Positions 18,269 to 28,186 of a DNA stretch of 62,748 nucleotides are shown here, piece by piece. The notes under the pieces are model-generated. The model saw nothing but the letters and a program-made list of their open reading frames with translations, was not told where the DNA came from and made no database searches. The position numbers and the translations under genes are program-made. Numbering within the stretch: position 1 is the first letter of the stretch; every line of letters starts with the position of its first letter. The DNA comes from a virus, in the IMG/VR virus record IMGVR_UViG_3300037096_000044, positions 1-62,748 of that record. One strand, 5' to 3'.

Positions 18269-20205
18269 GGCGTACCGCTCGTCAGCGTTTGCAGTTGCGC
18301 GCCAGTTCCGGCAACCGGCCAGTAACCGACTTGCTTGATATGGCCGTACATACTGTTGGACCAAATCGGATCGCTGCCGCCCAAGGCAAATTCAGTGGGG
18401 GACGAAGGTGCCGTCGCTGACTTCGTATCGACAGTGCCTCCGGCCGCGACGTAGATCGCAGAAGTTCCATTCGAGGAAATTGCAGATTTCCTCGGGACGC
18501 CAGCAACAGGCGGCGATTGCCCGCTGTCGTTGTTCGAAAAGAGGGCGGTTGTTGCGGCTTCGACGCCTGCGATCAGGCTGGTGCTAAGGGTTGACGCACC
18601 TAAGATGATGCCGAACGAACCACCGGAGTTGCAGATGGCGACACTTCCAGCGCCACCGTTAGCCGCAGACAAATTATCGGCATCGACGTAAAGCGTTGAC
18701 GTGGTCGCATTGTACCAAGACGAAATCGGCGTTGCCGTCAGACTATCCGCCGCCCGCGTCGCGCTCCCCGCTGTAGTAAAAATTGGCGACGTGGCGAAGG
18801 CAAGCGCCTCCACCTGATATTGGTAGGCATAAAACCATGCTGTCGATCCGTTGCCAGTGATCGCTGCGGCAGCACCCCCGTTTGCCGCCGCCGACTGAAT
18901 GAAAAAATCGTCAGAAGACCCGGTTGGGGTGTAAGTATAGGTAAGCCGGAAAAATCCGTTCTGTGCCGGCGTAATAGTCCCACTCGCGCCGCTGCCCTGC
19001 GTGCCAACTGTCGCAGTCGAAAGATTATACCAAACGCTGCCCGGCGACCCCGATACTGCTTGGATTTTGAGCCACGGCGCAGTTAAACCGCCATACTTGA
19101 AATAAAGCGAAAAGGTGTTGGCTTTGTTGGCCGTTACCGGAACGGTAGATTGCTGCGTCCATGTGACCGTATTGCTGCCGCTGCTTGGGACAACCGCCCA
19201 AGCGCTCGTAGTGCCGTCCGGTCCTGACGCTGTCTGCGCGACGGTTGCATTGAAAAAATACCAATAGCCGGAATTGCTAAAGGTATTTGAATAGTACGAG
19301 GTGTTGGTGCTCGCCCCTTCGAGCAAAATGCCCTTCGGCAGCAGCGTGATCGGATCGTAGTCGAAGCGCAGCGCGCCGCTTGATGCCGACGCCAGCAAGC
19401 CGGACGAATTGGTGTAATACGCCGAAGACGAACGGGAGAATGTGACGCCTACTGCGGTGCACCACGCCGAGGAACCGGCGTAAACTGTACCATTGTATAA
19501 GTAATGATTGCTACCGCCCTCCGTGGTGAAATCCGCGAACATCAGTGGATTGGTACCGCCAATTTCGTAGGCATTATACCAGAGTGGCGGCGCAGTATTA
19601 ATAATATCAAGTTTCTCGGTTGTGAACTTAAGTGACTTAAGCTCCCAAAGCTCATACATGAACTTGGAGAAATCTGTTGTATCAGTATCGAACCGACACC
19701 CCCAATAATAATTTCCGGTCCATGTTAAAGCCACCCCATTAGCCGGGGCATATAAAAATGAAACATTACCAGAAGCGTTGATATTATAATCAACGCCCGC
19801 GACATAAGGAGTTCCGTTCCCGTAAAGTGTCGGAGTGCCATTAAGAAGGAAGACAGGTTCAATGAACCCGCCTTGGGTCCGAACAAGTTGAAAATATGTA
19901 CTTGTTCCATTACCAGTGCCAAAGGCTTGCGCCGTAACGGAATTATCATCCGGATCATTGTAAGCGAAAAGATTTGTCGGACCATTTAACTGTGATATGA
20001 AGCCAGAAAGTGTTTGCCATTCTAAATCGTTCGTGTCCGACCGGAGAAAGCTAAATTGAGCCTCGTAACTGTAGGTCGGATAAGTGAACAGTGAGAGCCG
20101 AATACGTTTCCCCGACAAAGCATCCTGTTTTACAGACGACCAATTTTGCGTCCGTTTAACCGGATACGTTATCCCGGCGAGGGTTGGGAAGACAGGAACG
20201 GTCAT
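18265..20205 (-). CDS. Distal tail protein-like (DUF2460/TIGR02217-like N-terminus, GTA g12-like) with a long C-terminal extension.
   Basis: N-terminus MTVPVFPTLAGITYPVKRTQNWSSVKQDALSGKRIRLSLF. It lies immediately after the tape measure gene. Confidence 0.55.
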   Translation of the reverse strand: MTVPVFPTLAGITYPVKRTQNWSSVKQDALSGKRIRLSLFTYPTYSYEAQFSFLRSDTNDLEWQTLSGFISQLNGPTNLFAYNDPDDNSVTAQAFGTGNGTSTYFQLVRTQGGFIEPVFLLNGTPTLYGNGTPYVAGVDYNINASGNVSFLYAPANGVALTWTGNYYWGCRFDTDTTDFSKFMYELWELKSLKFTTEKLDIINTAPPLWYNAYEIGGTNPLMFADFTTEGGSNHYLYNGTVYAGSSAWCTAVGVTFSRSSSAYYTNSSGLLASASSGALRFDYDPITLLPKGILLEGASTNTSYYSNTFSNSGYWYFFNATVAQTASGPDGTTSAWAVVPSSGSNTVTWTQQSTVPVTANKANTFSLYFKYGGLTAPWLKIQAVSGSPGSVWYNLSTATVGTQGSGASGTITPAQNGFFRLTYTYTPTGSSDDFFIQSAAANGGAAAAITGNGSTAWFYAYQYQVEALAFATSPIFTTAGSATRAADSLTATPISSWYNATTSTLYVDADNLSAANGGAGSVAICNSGGSFGIILGASTLSTSLIAGVEAATTALFSNNDSGQSPPVAGVPRKSAISSNGTSAIYVAAGGTVDTKSATAPSSPTEFALGGSDPIWSNSMYGHIKQVGYWPVAGTGAQLQTLTSGTP

Positions 20206-22304
20206 TGCGTACTCGGACTCAATGGTGCGGCGTTAATGAGAAGGCGCTGAAGCTGAGGCAGAATTGAATTGAGAAATGCTTGTGAACCTATCATTGTACC
20301 ATTTAGGTTAATTGATGTTCCGCCGCCGATGCCTCCGCCGCCTCCTGAGATCGCGGTGCGAAAGGCGTCCGCAAAGCCTCCTGCGGCTGGAATAATCATT
20401 TCTCCGGAATGAACTTGCGCCGTCATATTCCCTGGAACGCTCCATGAACCAACGTCGAATGACGCGGCTCCGGCTTGCGTTCCGAAAGAACCTATCACCC
20501 CCGCTTCAGCGGCAGTTCCTGCGGCGAGCGCGGCAGGAAAACCAACCACAGCGGCGAGTTGAGCCGTAACCTCTGCACCAGTTTGCGCGGCGGAAGCGGT
20601 AATGGCCTTAAGAGCAGCTACAGCCGCAGTAGAAGGTCCGCCCACAGCCGTCGCTATTTTAAAAGCGAGCCATTCAACGACCATCTTCTCAACGCCCTCG
20701 ATAAATGAAATTACCAAGTCGCCTAAAATCTTCTTCATGGCTTGACCCCAAGTCTCGGTCCCACCAAGAATGGCACGAAGCTGAGAGTTGAAGGCGCTCT
20801 CGATTGGAGTCATTAAAGATAGCCACGCCTTTTGATCCTCTTGGAGCATTTGATCAGTAAGTTGGTTGTGCTGACCAACAAATTTTTGATAATCAACTGA
20901 TTGCTGGTCCCAAGCCTTTTTCCATTCAGCAGAGCCCATTGGAATTTTTGAAATCTCGTTACTAAAAGCCGTTTGTTCCGCTGCCCAACGTTTATCGAGT
21001 GCGGCTTCAAGCAACGCTGTCTCTTGATCATATGATATTTCGTGAAGCTTCACCTCTGAGGATAATTGTTCCTTGGTTTGGTTATAAGCTTCGTCTGCCA
21101 TTCTGAGAGCGTTCTTAAATGCTTCCTCTTGTTCCTTTAGCACCGAAGGATCGGGAAGACCAAAATTGATTGATTTACCGGGCGCTGCCTCCGCGCCTCC
21201 GGCCGCTCCAATACCGAGCGCGGTTTTAATCTTATCTCCAGCGGTCTTCGCTATAGCGCCGATGTTCTTGAACATCGTCGTGACGTTCGTTTGGAGTGCT
21301 GTCGTCAAATCAGTCCAAGCGTTCTTAATATCCCCGAAGTTAAATGTGAAGGCATCCATCATTAGACGACCTGTGGCGGTCCACAGCGCTCCAATGTCCT
21401 TCGCCGCTGCCTTCGTTAGCTCCCAAAAGCTTTCGATGATCCCGATAGCAGTCGCCAACGCGATATCAATAATAACGATGGCTGCTGCAATCAATTCAAA
21501 AGCAATCTTCCAAGTTCCTCCTGCGTCGATGCTCTCCTTAATCGCGGCGAATACATCCACGAAAATCCGGACCAAGCCGGAGAACGCAGGAGCTAAAACG
21601 CCAACAATAGTGGCGTTCATATCCTTAAACGCGGTGCCGAGCGCGGTTATCCAAACATAAAGTTCATCGAGTGCCGCGATAAACTGATGCGATACTGGTC
21701 CGCCAGCTTCTTGGAAGACCTCTAATAGAGCCGCGACGCCTTCGCGACCTTGCTCCAGCATAGGCGTCATGCCGGCCGCGCCGCGCCCCATAAGCGTTAA
21801 CCCGGCCGCGCTCGGATTGATACCTTCGTCGTGGAGCTTCTTGAATGAGTCAGCGAGAAGGAGAACTTGCTCATTGATTGGAACGTCTAACATCTCCTTC
21901 GCGGAAAGGCCGAGAGCCTTTAAAGCGAGAGCTTGACGGGAGGTCGGAACGCTAGCGGCTTGTAGCGAGATTTGAAGCCGCTCCATCCCCATCGTCATCG
22001 ACTGGACGGAGCCGCCAGTGGCTACGGCAATGAAGCCTAGCTCTTGTGTCGTCTTAGTTGAAACGCCAAGCATGGCCGAGGTGCGCGTTATCTGCTCACC
22101 TAAATCGGCCATGCTATCAATAAAGCTAGCAATTCTTTCGACCGCAAACGCAACGATTACTGCTTCACCTAACGCTGCGAAGCTTTGAGCAATCGCTTGT
22201 ACTGGGGCAGTGATGCTGGTAATAGCATCCTTGACTTGATCTACTCCGGAGAGGAGACCACCAATAGCAGCGCCAAATTGTACTGATACGTCATCATCAG
22301 CCAA
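20202..22304 (-). CDS. Tape measure protein.
   Basis: 700 aa, Ala/Gly-rich with hydrophobic central segments, directly after the G/GT chaperone. The TTG start is preceded by ggaggg. Confidence 0.8.
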   Translation of the reverse strand: MADDDVSVQFGAAIGGLLSGVDQVKDAITSITAPVQAIAQSFAALGEAVIVAFAVERIASFIDSMADLGEQITRTSAMLGVSTKTTQELGFIAVATGGSVQSMTMGMERLQISLQAASVPTSRQALALKALGLSAKEMLDVPINEQVLLLADSFKKLHDEGINPSAAGLTLMGRGAAGMTPMLEQGREGVAALLEVFQEAGGPVSHQFIAALDELYVWITALGTAFKDMNATIVGVLAPAFSGLVRIFVDVFAAIKESIDAGGTWKIAFELIAAAIVIIDIALATAIGIIESFWELTKAAAKDIGALWTATGRLMMDAFTFNFGDIKNAWTDLTTALQTNVTTMFKNIGAIAKTAGDKIKTALGIGAAGGAEAAPGKSINFGLPDPSVLKEQEEAFKNALRMADEAYNQTKEQLSSEVKLHEISYDQETALLEAALDKRWAAEQTAFSNEISKIPMGSAEWKKAWDQQSVDYQKFVGQHNQLTDQMLQEDQKAWLSLMTPIESAFNSQLRAILGGTETWGQAMKKILGDLVISFIEGVEKMVVEWLAFKIATAVGGPSTAAVAALKAITASAAQTGAEVTAQLAAVVGFPAALAAGTAAEAGVIGSFGTQAGAASFDVGSWSVPGNMTAQVHSGEMIIPAAGGFADAFRTAISGGGGGIGGGTSINLNGTMIGSQAFLNSILPQLQRLLINAAPLSPSTQ

Positions 22305-22844
22305 GGCTCTTCCCTCCAGTACGTTGAACTAGCGCTACAAATTGGTCACGCGTCATCGGTTTAGATTTTTCTTCCTCTTCTTTCGGTTTGAAGCCAACGA
22401 AGCCCGCGACGATGTCGCGCAGCGGTGGATAGAAGTCCCAGTAATTGAACATCTCTTGGACACTATTTAGCGTCTCTTCATCAATTTGGGCAGTCGTGTA
22501 ATATAAATCATTACGCAGCCGTCCATAAAGATTGCGCCAGAACCGATCATTTTCCTTTACGGGATCGGAACTGGCGCTGGTGCGTTTGGGTCCGGCTTCT
22601 TCATCTCCATTCCGCTATCCTTAAGAATGGCTGCGATAGCGGTTTGGATTTCATTGAAACCGACTTCGATATCATCGAAGTTTTCCGGCAGCTTCGGTTC
22701 CGAGCGCTCGAAAGCAATAGTGAGAATGTCAGCCCACCGTGTTCCATCGTCCGGCTGCATCAGCAACTTTGAAACACGCTTAAGTTGACCAATCTTGAGC
22801 CTCGGAACCTGATATTCCTGCTCACCAAATTTAATCGTCGCCAT
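22297..22844 (-). CDS. Tail assembly chaperone GT (-1 frameshift fusion product).
   Basis: The -1 frame is open from the slippery site to a stop at 22297-22299. It has no start of its own and encodes ...ENDRFWRNLYGRLRNDLYYTTAQIDEETL... Confidence 0.55.
22557..22844 (-). CDS. Tail assembly chaperone G (zero-frame product).
   Basis: MATIKFGEQEYQVPRLKIGQLKRV..., located between the tail tube and tape measure genes. Confidence 0.6.
   Translation of the reverse strand: MATIKFGEQEYQVPRLKIGQLKRVSKLLMQPDDGTRWADILTIAFERSEPKLPENFDDIEVGFNEIQTAIAAILKDSGMEMKKPDPNAPAPVPIP
22584..22590 (-). promoter_or_regulatory. -1 programmed ribosomal frameshift slippery heptamer C CCA AAC.
   Basis: The + strand gtttggg reads CCCAAAC on the minus strand, phased X XXY YYZ in the G frame, 27 nt before the G stop. 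Confidence 0.55.
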
Positions 22845-22854
22845 TGTCTTCTCC

Positions 22855-23613
22855 TTACGAGGTGACTGCGGGTGGAGTAGTCGGGAATTGATAGGTGAAA
22901 GCTTGCTGGGCTGCATTGATGCCGATTTCGAAATCGATTGCAGGCATCATGAAGTCTTCAAGTTTGAAGTCTTGCGTCAGATCAGACATAACGCAATTGA
23001 GCATCCGGACCGCGTATGGATTGGAATTGAGATCGGTCCAATAGTCGAGTTGGAAGGTTGGAGTGGTACCGATGTTTTGCGCCGATACCGTCATGCTTTG
23101 GCCGAGCGCCGAAGAGTTCGTGTAATTGATACCGACCGCAAGGCTTTGATCGGCAGTCGCGAAATCATACACGCCTCCGGCTCCGAGGCTATAGTAGCCA
23201 GCGGACGGTGAGCCGGTCGTCTCTTTCAGCAGCGGTTGCCAACTCGCAATATAATACGCTCCAAGGTCTTGATCATAACCGTTGGAGTTGGTAACGGTAA
23301 GATTGCCGCCACCAGCGCCGATGGTATGAAGCTCGCCCATATTGTAGTTAAGGCCACCGGCTGCAAGCGTACCGGCATAAAACAGCGAGTTCCAAGCGTA
23401 AGCGGAAATCATCGCAGCTTTAATTTTGCCGGTCGTCTTGATGGTGCCCTTCGCGATGACCAGTGGACGATTGACCTGGCCGAAGAGCGACTTGACCGTT
23501 GCTTTCTCGGCAAAGCTCAACTCGTTCGCGAAACCAATATTGACGGGAGTTTGGTTCGCGATGTCGGTTCGCTTCGCAATGATGATACCAGGACCGAATA
23601 CGGGGAAAGGCAT
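22855..23613 (-). CDS. Major tail (tube) protein.
   Basis: 252 aa, immediately upstream of the chaperone pair. The call rests on position and size. Confidence 0.55.
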   Translation of the reverse strand: MPFPVFGPGIIIAKRTDIANQTPVNIGFANELSFAEKATVKSLFGQVNRPLVIAKGTIKTTGKIKAAMISAYAWNSLFYAGTLAAGGLNYNMGELHTIGAGGGNLTVTNSNGYDQDLGAYYIASWQPLLKETTGSPSAGYYSLGAGGVYDFATADQSLAVGINYTNSSALGQSMTVSAQNIGTTPTFQLDYWTDLNSNPYAVRMLNCVMSDLTQDFKLEDFMMPAIDFEIGINAAQQAFTYQFPTTPPAVTS

Positions 23614-23625
23614 CTGGCGTTCTCC

Positions 23626-24111
23626 TTATACGATAGGCGTGCCCAGTAGCACGCGGATCGGGATGATGAGAAGGGATATATTGTCGATGTCGCCGGAAGC
23701 CTTAACGATCTCACCTTCGATACGGCAATGCTCCACTAGACCACCGAGCGTTTGCTTACCGAAGATTTTTAGTCCGCCACTTGGTTTCAAAACGTTAAAG
23801 ATTGCATCCTTAACAGCGTCCAAATCTTGGATTGGGTCTTGGGTTAGATCAGCAGGAGCCGTTAAGTAAATGATTGCCTCATAACGTTGAGTATTTTTTG
23901 CGAGAGGTTCCGCTTGCCAACCAAACATCTCTCCGGGTTCCCAAAGAAAGAGCGCTGGCATATTCCCTTCGCCAACTTCATCCCATTTTTGGAACCGTCG
24001 CCGCGCAGTAACAAACGACAAATTGTTACCAGCATACAAGTTGAATTTTGCTGTGGCGAGAAGATTAAGGAGCGCGGTTGCTACGGTATTGGTTGCTGGC
24101 TGGGTCGCCAT
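23626..24111 (-). CDS. Neck / tail-terminator-like protein (call based on position).
   Basis: 161 aa, between the gp10-like gene and the tail tube gene. Confidence 0.4.
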   Translation of the reverse strand: MATQPATNTVATALLNLLATAKFNLYAGNNLSFVTARRRFQKWDEVGEGNMPALFLWEPGEMFGWQAEPLAKNTQRYEAIIYLTAPADLTQDPIQDLDAVKDAIFNVLKPSGGLKIFGKQTLGGLVEHCRIEGEIVKASGDIDNISLLIIPIRVLLGTPIV

Positions 24112-24597
24112 CTAGCGGCTCCTTAAACCTTCGAGAACCGCACTCCGCATCCCGTCAACGATTTCCTGTCGCATTTGATCGAGCGACGAACGCATATAAG
24201 AGCGCTCGGGCATATGAACATCGTGCGCCGCTACCCGCATCGCAAAGATGTCCTTAGCACCGATAACAAAATGAAGCGCCTTCGCCTTTACCGGCACTAT
24301 CTCGGGAATATGGATCACGCCGCCATATTCATGAATGGCGGCATATTTAACGTCGCCAGAGGAATAAACCTTAGCGCTGATTTGTTCCGGGTTGTCGGTG
24401 ACTTCTTCAGTGATAGAACGGCGCAAAGCGCCGGAGACTACGTTTAAGACCGGACCGGAAAGCTTCTCCTTCACCATCGCTTCAAGAAGAAGAGCTAACA
24501 TATAAACCTTTCGCCGGAGCACCACGCGAACAGTCGATGGCATCGCATTGAGGCGTTCTACAAGTTCACGGTCACCTTTTATCTCGATGGTAAACAT
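24112..24597 (-). CDS. HK97 gp10-family head-tail joining protein.
   Basis: The N-terminus GDRELVERLNAMPSTVRVVLRRKV is typical of the gp10 family. Confidence 0.55.
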   Translation of the reverse strand: MFTIEIKGDRELVERLNAMPSTVRVVLRRKVYMLALLLEAMVKEKLSGPVLNVVSGALRRSITEEVTDNPEQISAKVYSSGDVKYAAIHEYGGVIHIPEIVPVKAKALHFVIGAKDIFAMRVAAHDVHMPERSYMRSSLDQMRQEIVDGMRSAVLEGLRSR

Positions 24598-25421
24598 TAG
24601 ATGAGAGGAACAACCATCCGGAACGGATTGATCATCATCTTTATAGCCGCCGTCATTCGGGAAAGATCGTAAGCCGTAGTCTGTGGCCCCGGAGTGGTGT
24701 GGCTACGTTCACCGATGCGGTTACGATAGCGATACGCCTCGCCGACCATTTCCATACACGCCTGATTAAGTGGAGCCGGGATGTAACTGTAATTGCCCAG
24801 CAGCGCCGCTCCCGCGTCTCCGAGCGCGAAGGTATAAATGCCTAGCGCAACCGAATATTGACCTGTATTCGGAGCACCCGTCACGAGTGTAAGAGCTATA
24901 CCGGACGAAGCATAAGTAACTCCTCCGTCCTTCGCCCAAGGACCATTCAGCTGGGCTGCTGTTACCGTTCCACCGCCCACTGGAACAACCCAAGCCTCAT
25001 TCGATACAAAATAGCCAGCGGTATAAACGATCTGGATATTTTGTATGCCACAGCAGAACTCGTAACCAAGAACGTTGATCAATTGCGGCTTACCCGGAAG
25101 CTCGCCGTCCCAAGCTTCGAACGTATAACCGCACCCATAGAACTGACCGGCAGGACGAACCGGAACAACACACCGTCCGATGGTGACGGAGGCTACAGAA
25201 GTAGTCGGCCACTTCCGTAACATCTTACTGACTTCGCCATACCCGTTATAGACCTCGGTGTAAGTTTGTGACAAGACAGTCTGTCTTTGGATATCACTTA
25301 GGATCGCCTGAGATGCCGAAGTGATAAGCGAAGACAGCAAAGCATTATCGTTCCCGGACGTGGGAACGTTCGGTATCCAACTCGATACCTGAGCGAGTGT
25401 AGCGAGGTCGGTAGCGGGCAT
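24597..25421 (-). CDS. Head-tail connector (gp6-like N-terminus) with a C-terminal extension.
   Basis: N-terminus DLATLAQVSSWI...NALLSSLITSASQAILSDIQRQTVLSQTYTEVY. Confidence 0.5.
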   Translation of the reverse strand: MPATDLATLAQVSSWIPNVPTSGNDNALLSSLITSASQAILSDIQRQTVLSQTYTEVYNGYGEVSKMLRKWPTTSVASVTIGRCVVPVRPAGQFYGCGYTFEAWDGELPGKPQLINVLGYEFCCGIQNIQIVYTAGYFVSNEAWVVPVGGGTVTAAQLNGPWAKDGGVTYASSGIALTLVTGAPNTGQYSVALGIYTFALGDAGAALLGNYSYIPAPLNQACMEMVGEAYRYRNRIGERSHTTPGPQTTAYDLSRMTAAIKMMINPFRMVVPLI

Positions 25422-25640
25422 CTATGACTTCTTCAAGTCTTCAGGCTTCGCTAATCCAGTCTTCTTATTTTTGAAATCACTTGTTTCAATCTCCGGCATT
25501 TTCTCCCCAGCCGGTTTACAACCGTGCGCCAGCATATCCTTCGCAAAGTGAGCCGGCACATCGACCGTACCAGCGGTGACTTCGAAATCTTGACCTTGAA
25601 CGCAAAACTTGTTGGTACCTTCCGGAACGTAAAAGCGCAT
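25422..25640 (-). CDS. Hypothetical small head-module protein.
   Basis: 72-aa ORF after the capsid-gene terminator hairpin. Confidence 0.45.
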   Translation of the reverse strand: MRFYVPEGTNKFCVQGQDFEVTAGTVDVPAHFAKDMLAHGCKPAGEKMPEIETSDFKNKKTGLAKPEDLKKS

Positions 25641-25663
25641 GTCGCCTTCTCCTAATTGGGATT

Positions 25664-25692
25664 GAAAAGTGCCGGGGCATTTCCGCCCCGGC
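25664..25692 (-). terminator. Intrinsic terminator/attenuator hairpin directly after the major capsid gene, inside the late operon.
   Basis: Minus strand reads GCCGGGGC-ggaaat-GCCCCGGC followed by ACTTTT. Confidence 0.55.
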
Positions 25693-25704
25693 GTTCGCTC
25701 GGAC

Positions 25705-27345
25705 CTAGAAACCCGGAACGCCAGCCGGTGGGTTCACGTTCGTGATCACACCGAAAGCGGGCGGGAAGTAGCAAGAGAACACTTCGTCCACGTAGCAGCC
25801 GAACTCATAGCGCATCGTCTTGAACGGCCACTGGAGTTGGTAGTAGTCCTGCCGCACGTGGCTCTCAAGAATGTTCGCCACACCTGCGAGTTCATACGGC
25901 ACGCGGTCCGACCAAAAGATGATCGTGCCGGGCGGGACAAACGGATGGATTTCGATGTCCAGCGTATTACCGAAGAACTTATTGATGTAGGAGGTAACGC
26001 GACGGCCAGCGATGATCCGACCCGTCTGCTGGTCCGCATCGAACAGGATACGGAACTGAGCAGCCGTGTCGCCGGAACCGAAGAAGGTTCCCATCGCATT
26101 TTGAATGTCCGCTGACGACATCAAGATGCGGTCGTAACCGATCTTGTATTGGTCATAAGCGGCCTGTAGCACCGCGTCAAACTCCGCGATGTTGGTGCCG
26201 GCGATGGTAAGGCCGGAGTTGCCGGAGTTCATCGTCAAGATGATTGATCCGGAGTTGGAGCTAACGGCAATTGAGCCGTTCGTAAGCGTCGGCAAAACGG
26301 GATTGGTCGTCATCACCGTGCCCGGAGCCGAACCAAAAACCGAACCATACATCTGCGACAAGATGCCGTCCGGAAGCAGCGTGTTCAACGAGTTGTCCTG
26401 ATAGTTCGATCCAACTTTCAGGGCAGTGATCGGCTGAGCACTCGTTCCGGGGTTCTTCGAGAACGTCACCTTGTTCGCCGCAGTGATGCCTGCCAGCGTC
26501 TCGGCTCCCGTCGCCGTTCCGACGTACCACGCATAAGCGACCGCGCCATTCACCGCCGTAACCGAAGCAGTGACGATTTGCGCAGTGGTAACGCTCGCCA
26601 GCGAGGCTTCCGCCGAAGGACCGCCCGAACCGCCGCCGAATGTATCGGTGGAGCCGTCTGCGTTAACCTTCGTCACCTGACCGGGGACACCACCTTGCAT
26701 CGTCGTGGAGTTGTAGGTAGTGTAGTTGAGATAACCGAACCCCGAGAGCGCGACGCAAATGACGTACACGGTAACGGTGCCGCCCCAACTGCCAGTCGCA
26801 CCTGCCGCCGACAAGGTCGGAGTTGGCGTGGTACCGAGCGGAGTGGAGGCGTTGCCGAGGAACAGCGTTTGTTCCTCACCAATCATCACCGAGCGAAGGG
26901 TGGATTGGACCGCGATGCCTAGAGCCTCGGGAGAAAGGTTCTTGGCACCCCAGCGGGCTTGGAAGGTGACCGAGCTTTCCAAACCGAGCGTCTTGTAGGT
27001 CGCAGTCTGGTCTTGCTCGGTAATCGCGATGCGAGCACCGCGATTGCCTTCGGAAACGCCGATGGAGATATTGTTGACGTTAATCCCAACGATGCGCTTC
27101 CAGTGATAGGCGTTTCCGCCATCGGCCGGAACTCGCGGCAGTTTCGAAATTCGCGGGATCAATTCTTTGAACGGATAGAGCATCTGGACGACCGGGCGAA
27201 GATCGTACCACAACAGCCCAGTGGCCTCCGAGATGGTATCCGCTTTGTTGAGGTCTTGGCCGAGCTTTTCGGACAATCCCTTCAGCAGCCCCTCGTTAGC
27301 GAGGAGTGCAGCAACGATTTCGTTGCTGACGAGTTGCTTGGTCAT
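25705..27345 (-). CDS. Major capsid protein.
   Basis: 546 aa, follows the protease and scaffold genes, has a strong RBS (ggagaactaagaaATG) and is followed by a hairpin. The call rests on position and size. Confidence 0.7.
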   Translation of the reverse strand: MTKQLVSNEIVAALLANEGLLKGLSEKLGQDLNKADTISEATGLLWYDLRPVVQMLYPFKELIPRISKLPRVPADGGNAYHWKRIVGINVNNISIGVSEGNRGARIAITEQDQTATYKTLGLESSVTFQARWGAKNLSPEALGIAVQSTLRSVMIGEEQTLFLGNASTPLGTTPTPTLSAAGATGSWGGTVTVYVICVALSGFGYLNYTTYNSTTMQGGVPGQVTKVNADGSTDTFGGGSGGPSAEASLASVTTAQIVTASVTAVNGAVAYAWYVGTATGAETLAGITAANKVTFSKNPGTSAQPITALKVGSNYQDNSLNTLLPDGILSQMYGSVFGSAPGTVMTTNPVLPTLTNGSIAVSSNSGSIILTMNSGNSGLTIAGTNIAEFDAVLQAAYDQYKIGYDRILMSSADIQNAMGTFFGSGDTAAQFRILFDADQQTGRIIAGRRVTSYINKFFGNTLDIEIHPFVPPGTIIFWSDRVPYELAGVANILESHVRQDYYQLQWPFKTMRYEFGCYVDEVFSCYFPPAFGVITNVNPPAGVPGF

Positions 27346-27406
27346 TTCTTAGTTCTCCAGTTTGGCCAAGCCCGCATCGCCTCGGACTTTGTTTTGGGTT
27401 GAAGGG

Positions 27407-28186
27407 TTAACGTTTCGCGGACGCGGCTGCGCCTTTGAAATTCGGATCGGAGATAACCGGACGGCCGAACGTCTTGCCGCCTTTGAGAGTATCACCAATC
27501 ATGTTCGCGATCATTCCTGCCGCAGCCTTGTTCACTGAGTCAGGGTCTTGCGCATCAAAGGAGATGCCGTCCATCAGCTTCGCCATCGGGCTTCCGCCAT
27601 TGGCGCCGTTTTCGACCTCACCGCCAAAGGCAGTCTTGTCGAGAGCAAACACCCGCGCACGCGGGCCACCGGCCGGCATCCGCGAGAGCGCTTCGACCAG
27701 TTTGGTGGAGCCAGCCAACTCGCCTTCGAGCTTCGCAGCCTTCTCGCGGGCAGCAGCCTCACCTTCAGTGACGAAAGCGCCTTTCTTCGGGTCGGGAGTG
27801 CCACCAGTGAATTGTGGTTCCACTTCGCCCTCGATCATCTCGCTCATGGTCTTGGTGTCGATGGTTCCGCCCGTCGCGGTCGGAAGACCGGAGCCCATGC
27901 CCCAAGCATTGGCGACTTTGCCGATGTGATGCTCGGCCAGGGACTGATGCTCTTCCATGTCGTTGAAGTGGCCAGCGGCCTTAACGAGATGGCCAGCGGC
28001 TTCGTCCATCGGCATTTCCTTCTTGCCTGCCTTCTTCGCATCGGTGAAGCAGCCCGCCGCCTTGTCCATCGAAGTCATACCGGCTTCGCGGCACTCCGCC
28101 GCCTTGCCGAGATGCATCATGGCTTTGCCGATATTCATTTTGTGCGCGGCAGCGGTGCGCTTTTGCAGTTCGTTCTCATTGGACAT
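27407..28186 (-). CDS. Scaffold-like protein (Ala/Gly/Lys/Met-rich).
   Basis: Starts MSNENELQKRTAAAHK... and lies between the protease and capsid genes. Confidence 0.45.
   Translation of the reverse strand: MSNENELQKRTAAAHKMNIGKAMMHLGKAAECREAGMTSMDKAAGCFTDAKKAGKKEMPMDEAAGHLVKAAGHFNDMEEHQSLAEHHIGKVANAWGMGSGLPTATGGTIDTKTMSEMIEGEVEPQFTGGTPDPKKGAFVTEGEAAAREKAAKLEGELAGSTKLVEALSRMPAGGPRARVFALDKTAFGGEVENGANGGSPMAKLMDGISFDAQDPDSVNKAAAGMIANMIGDTLKGGKTFGRPVISDPNFKGAAASAKR

Noticed and set aside
17703-18420. Arg-rich alternative-frame ORFs (17703..18251 -, 18056..18325 +, 18106..18420 +).
   Set aside because: They overlap the hub and distal-tail genes and have a junk-like composition. The coupled ORF 17834-18268 explains the region.
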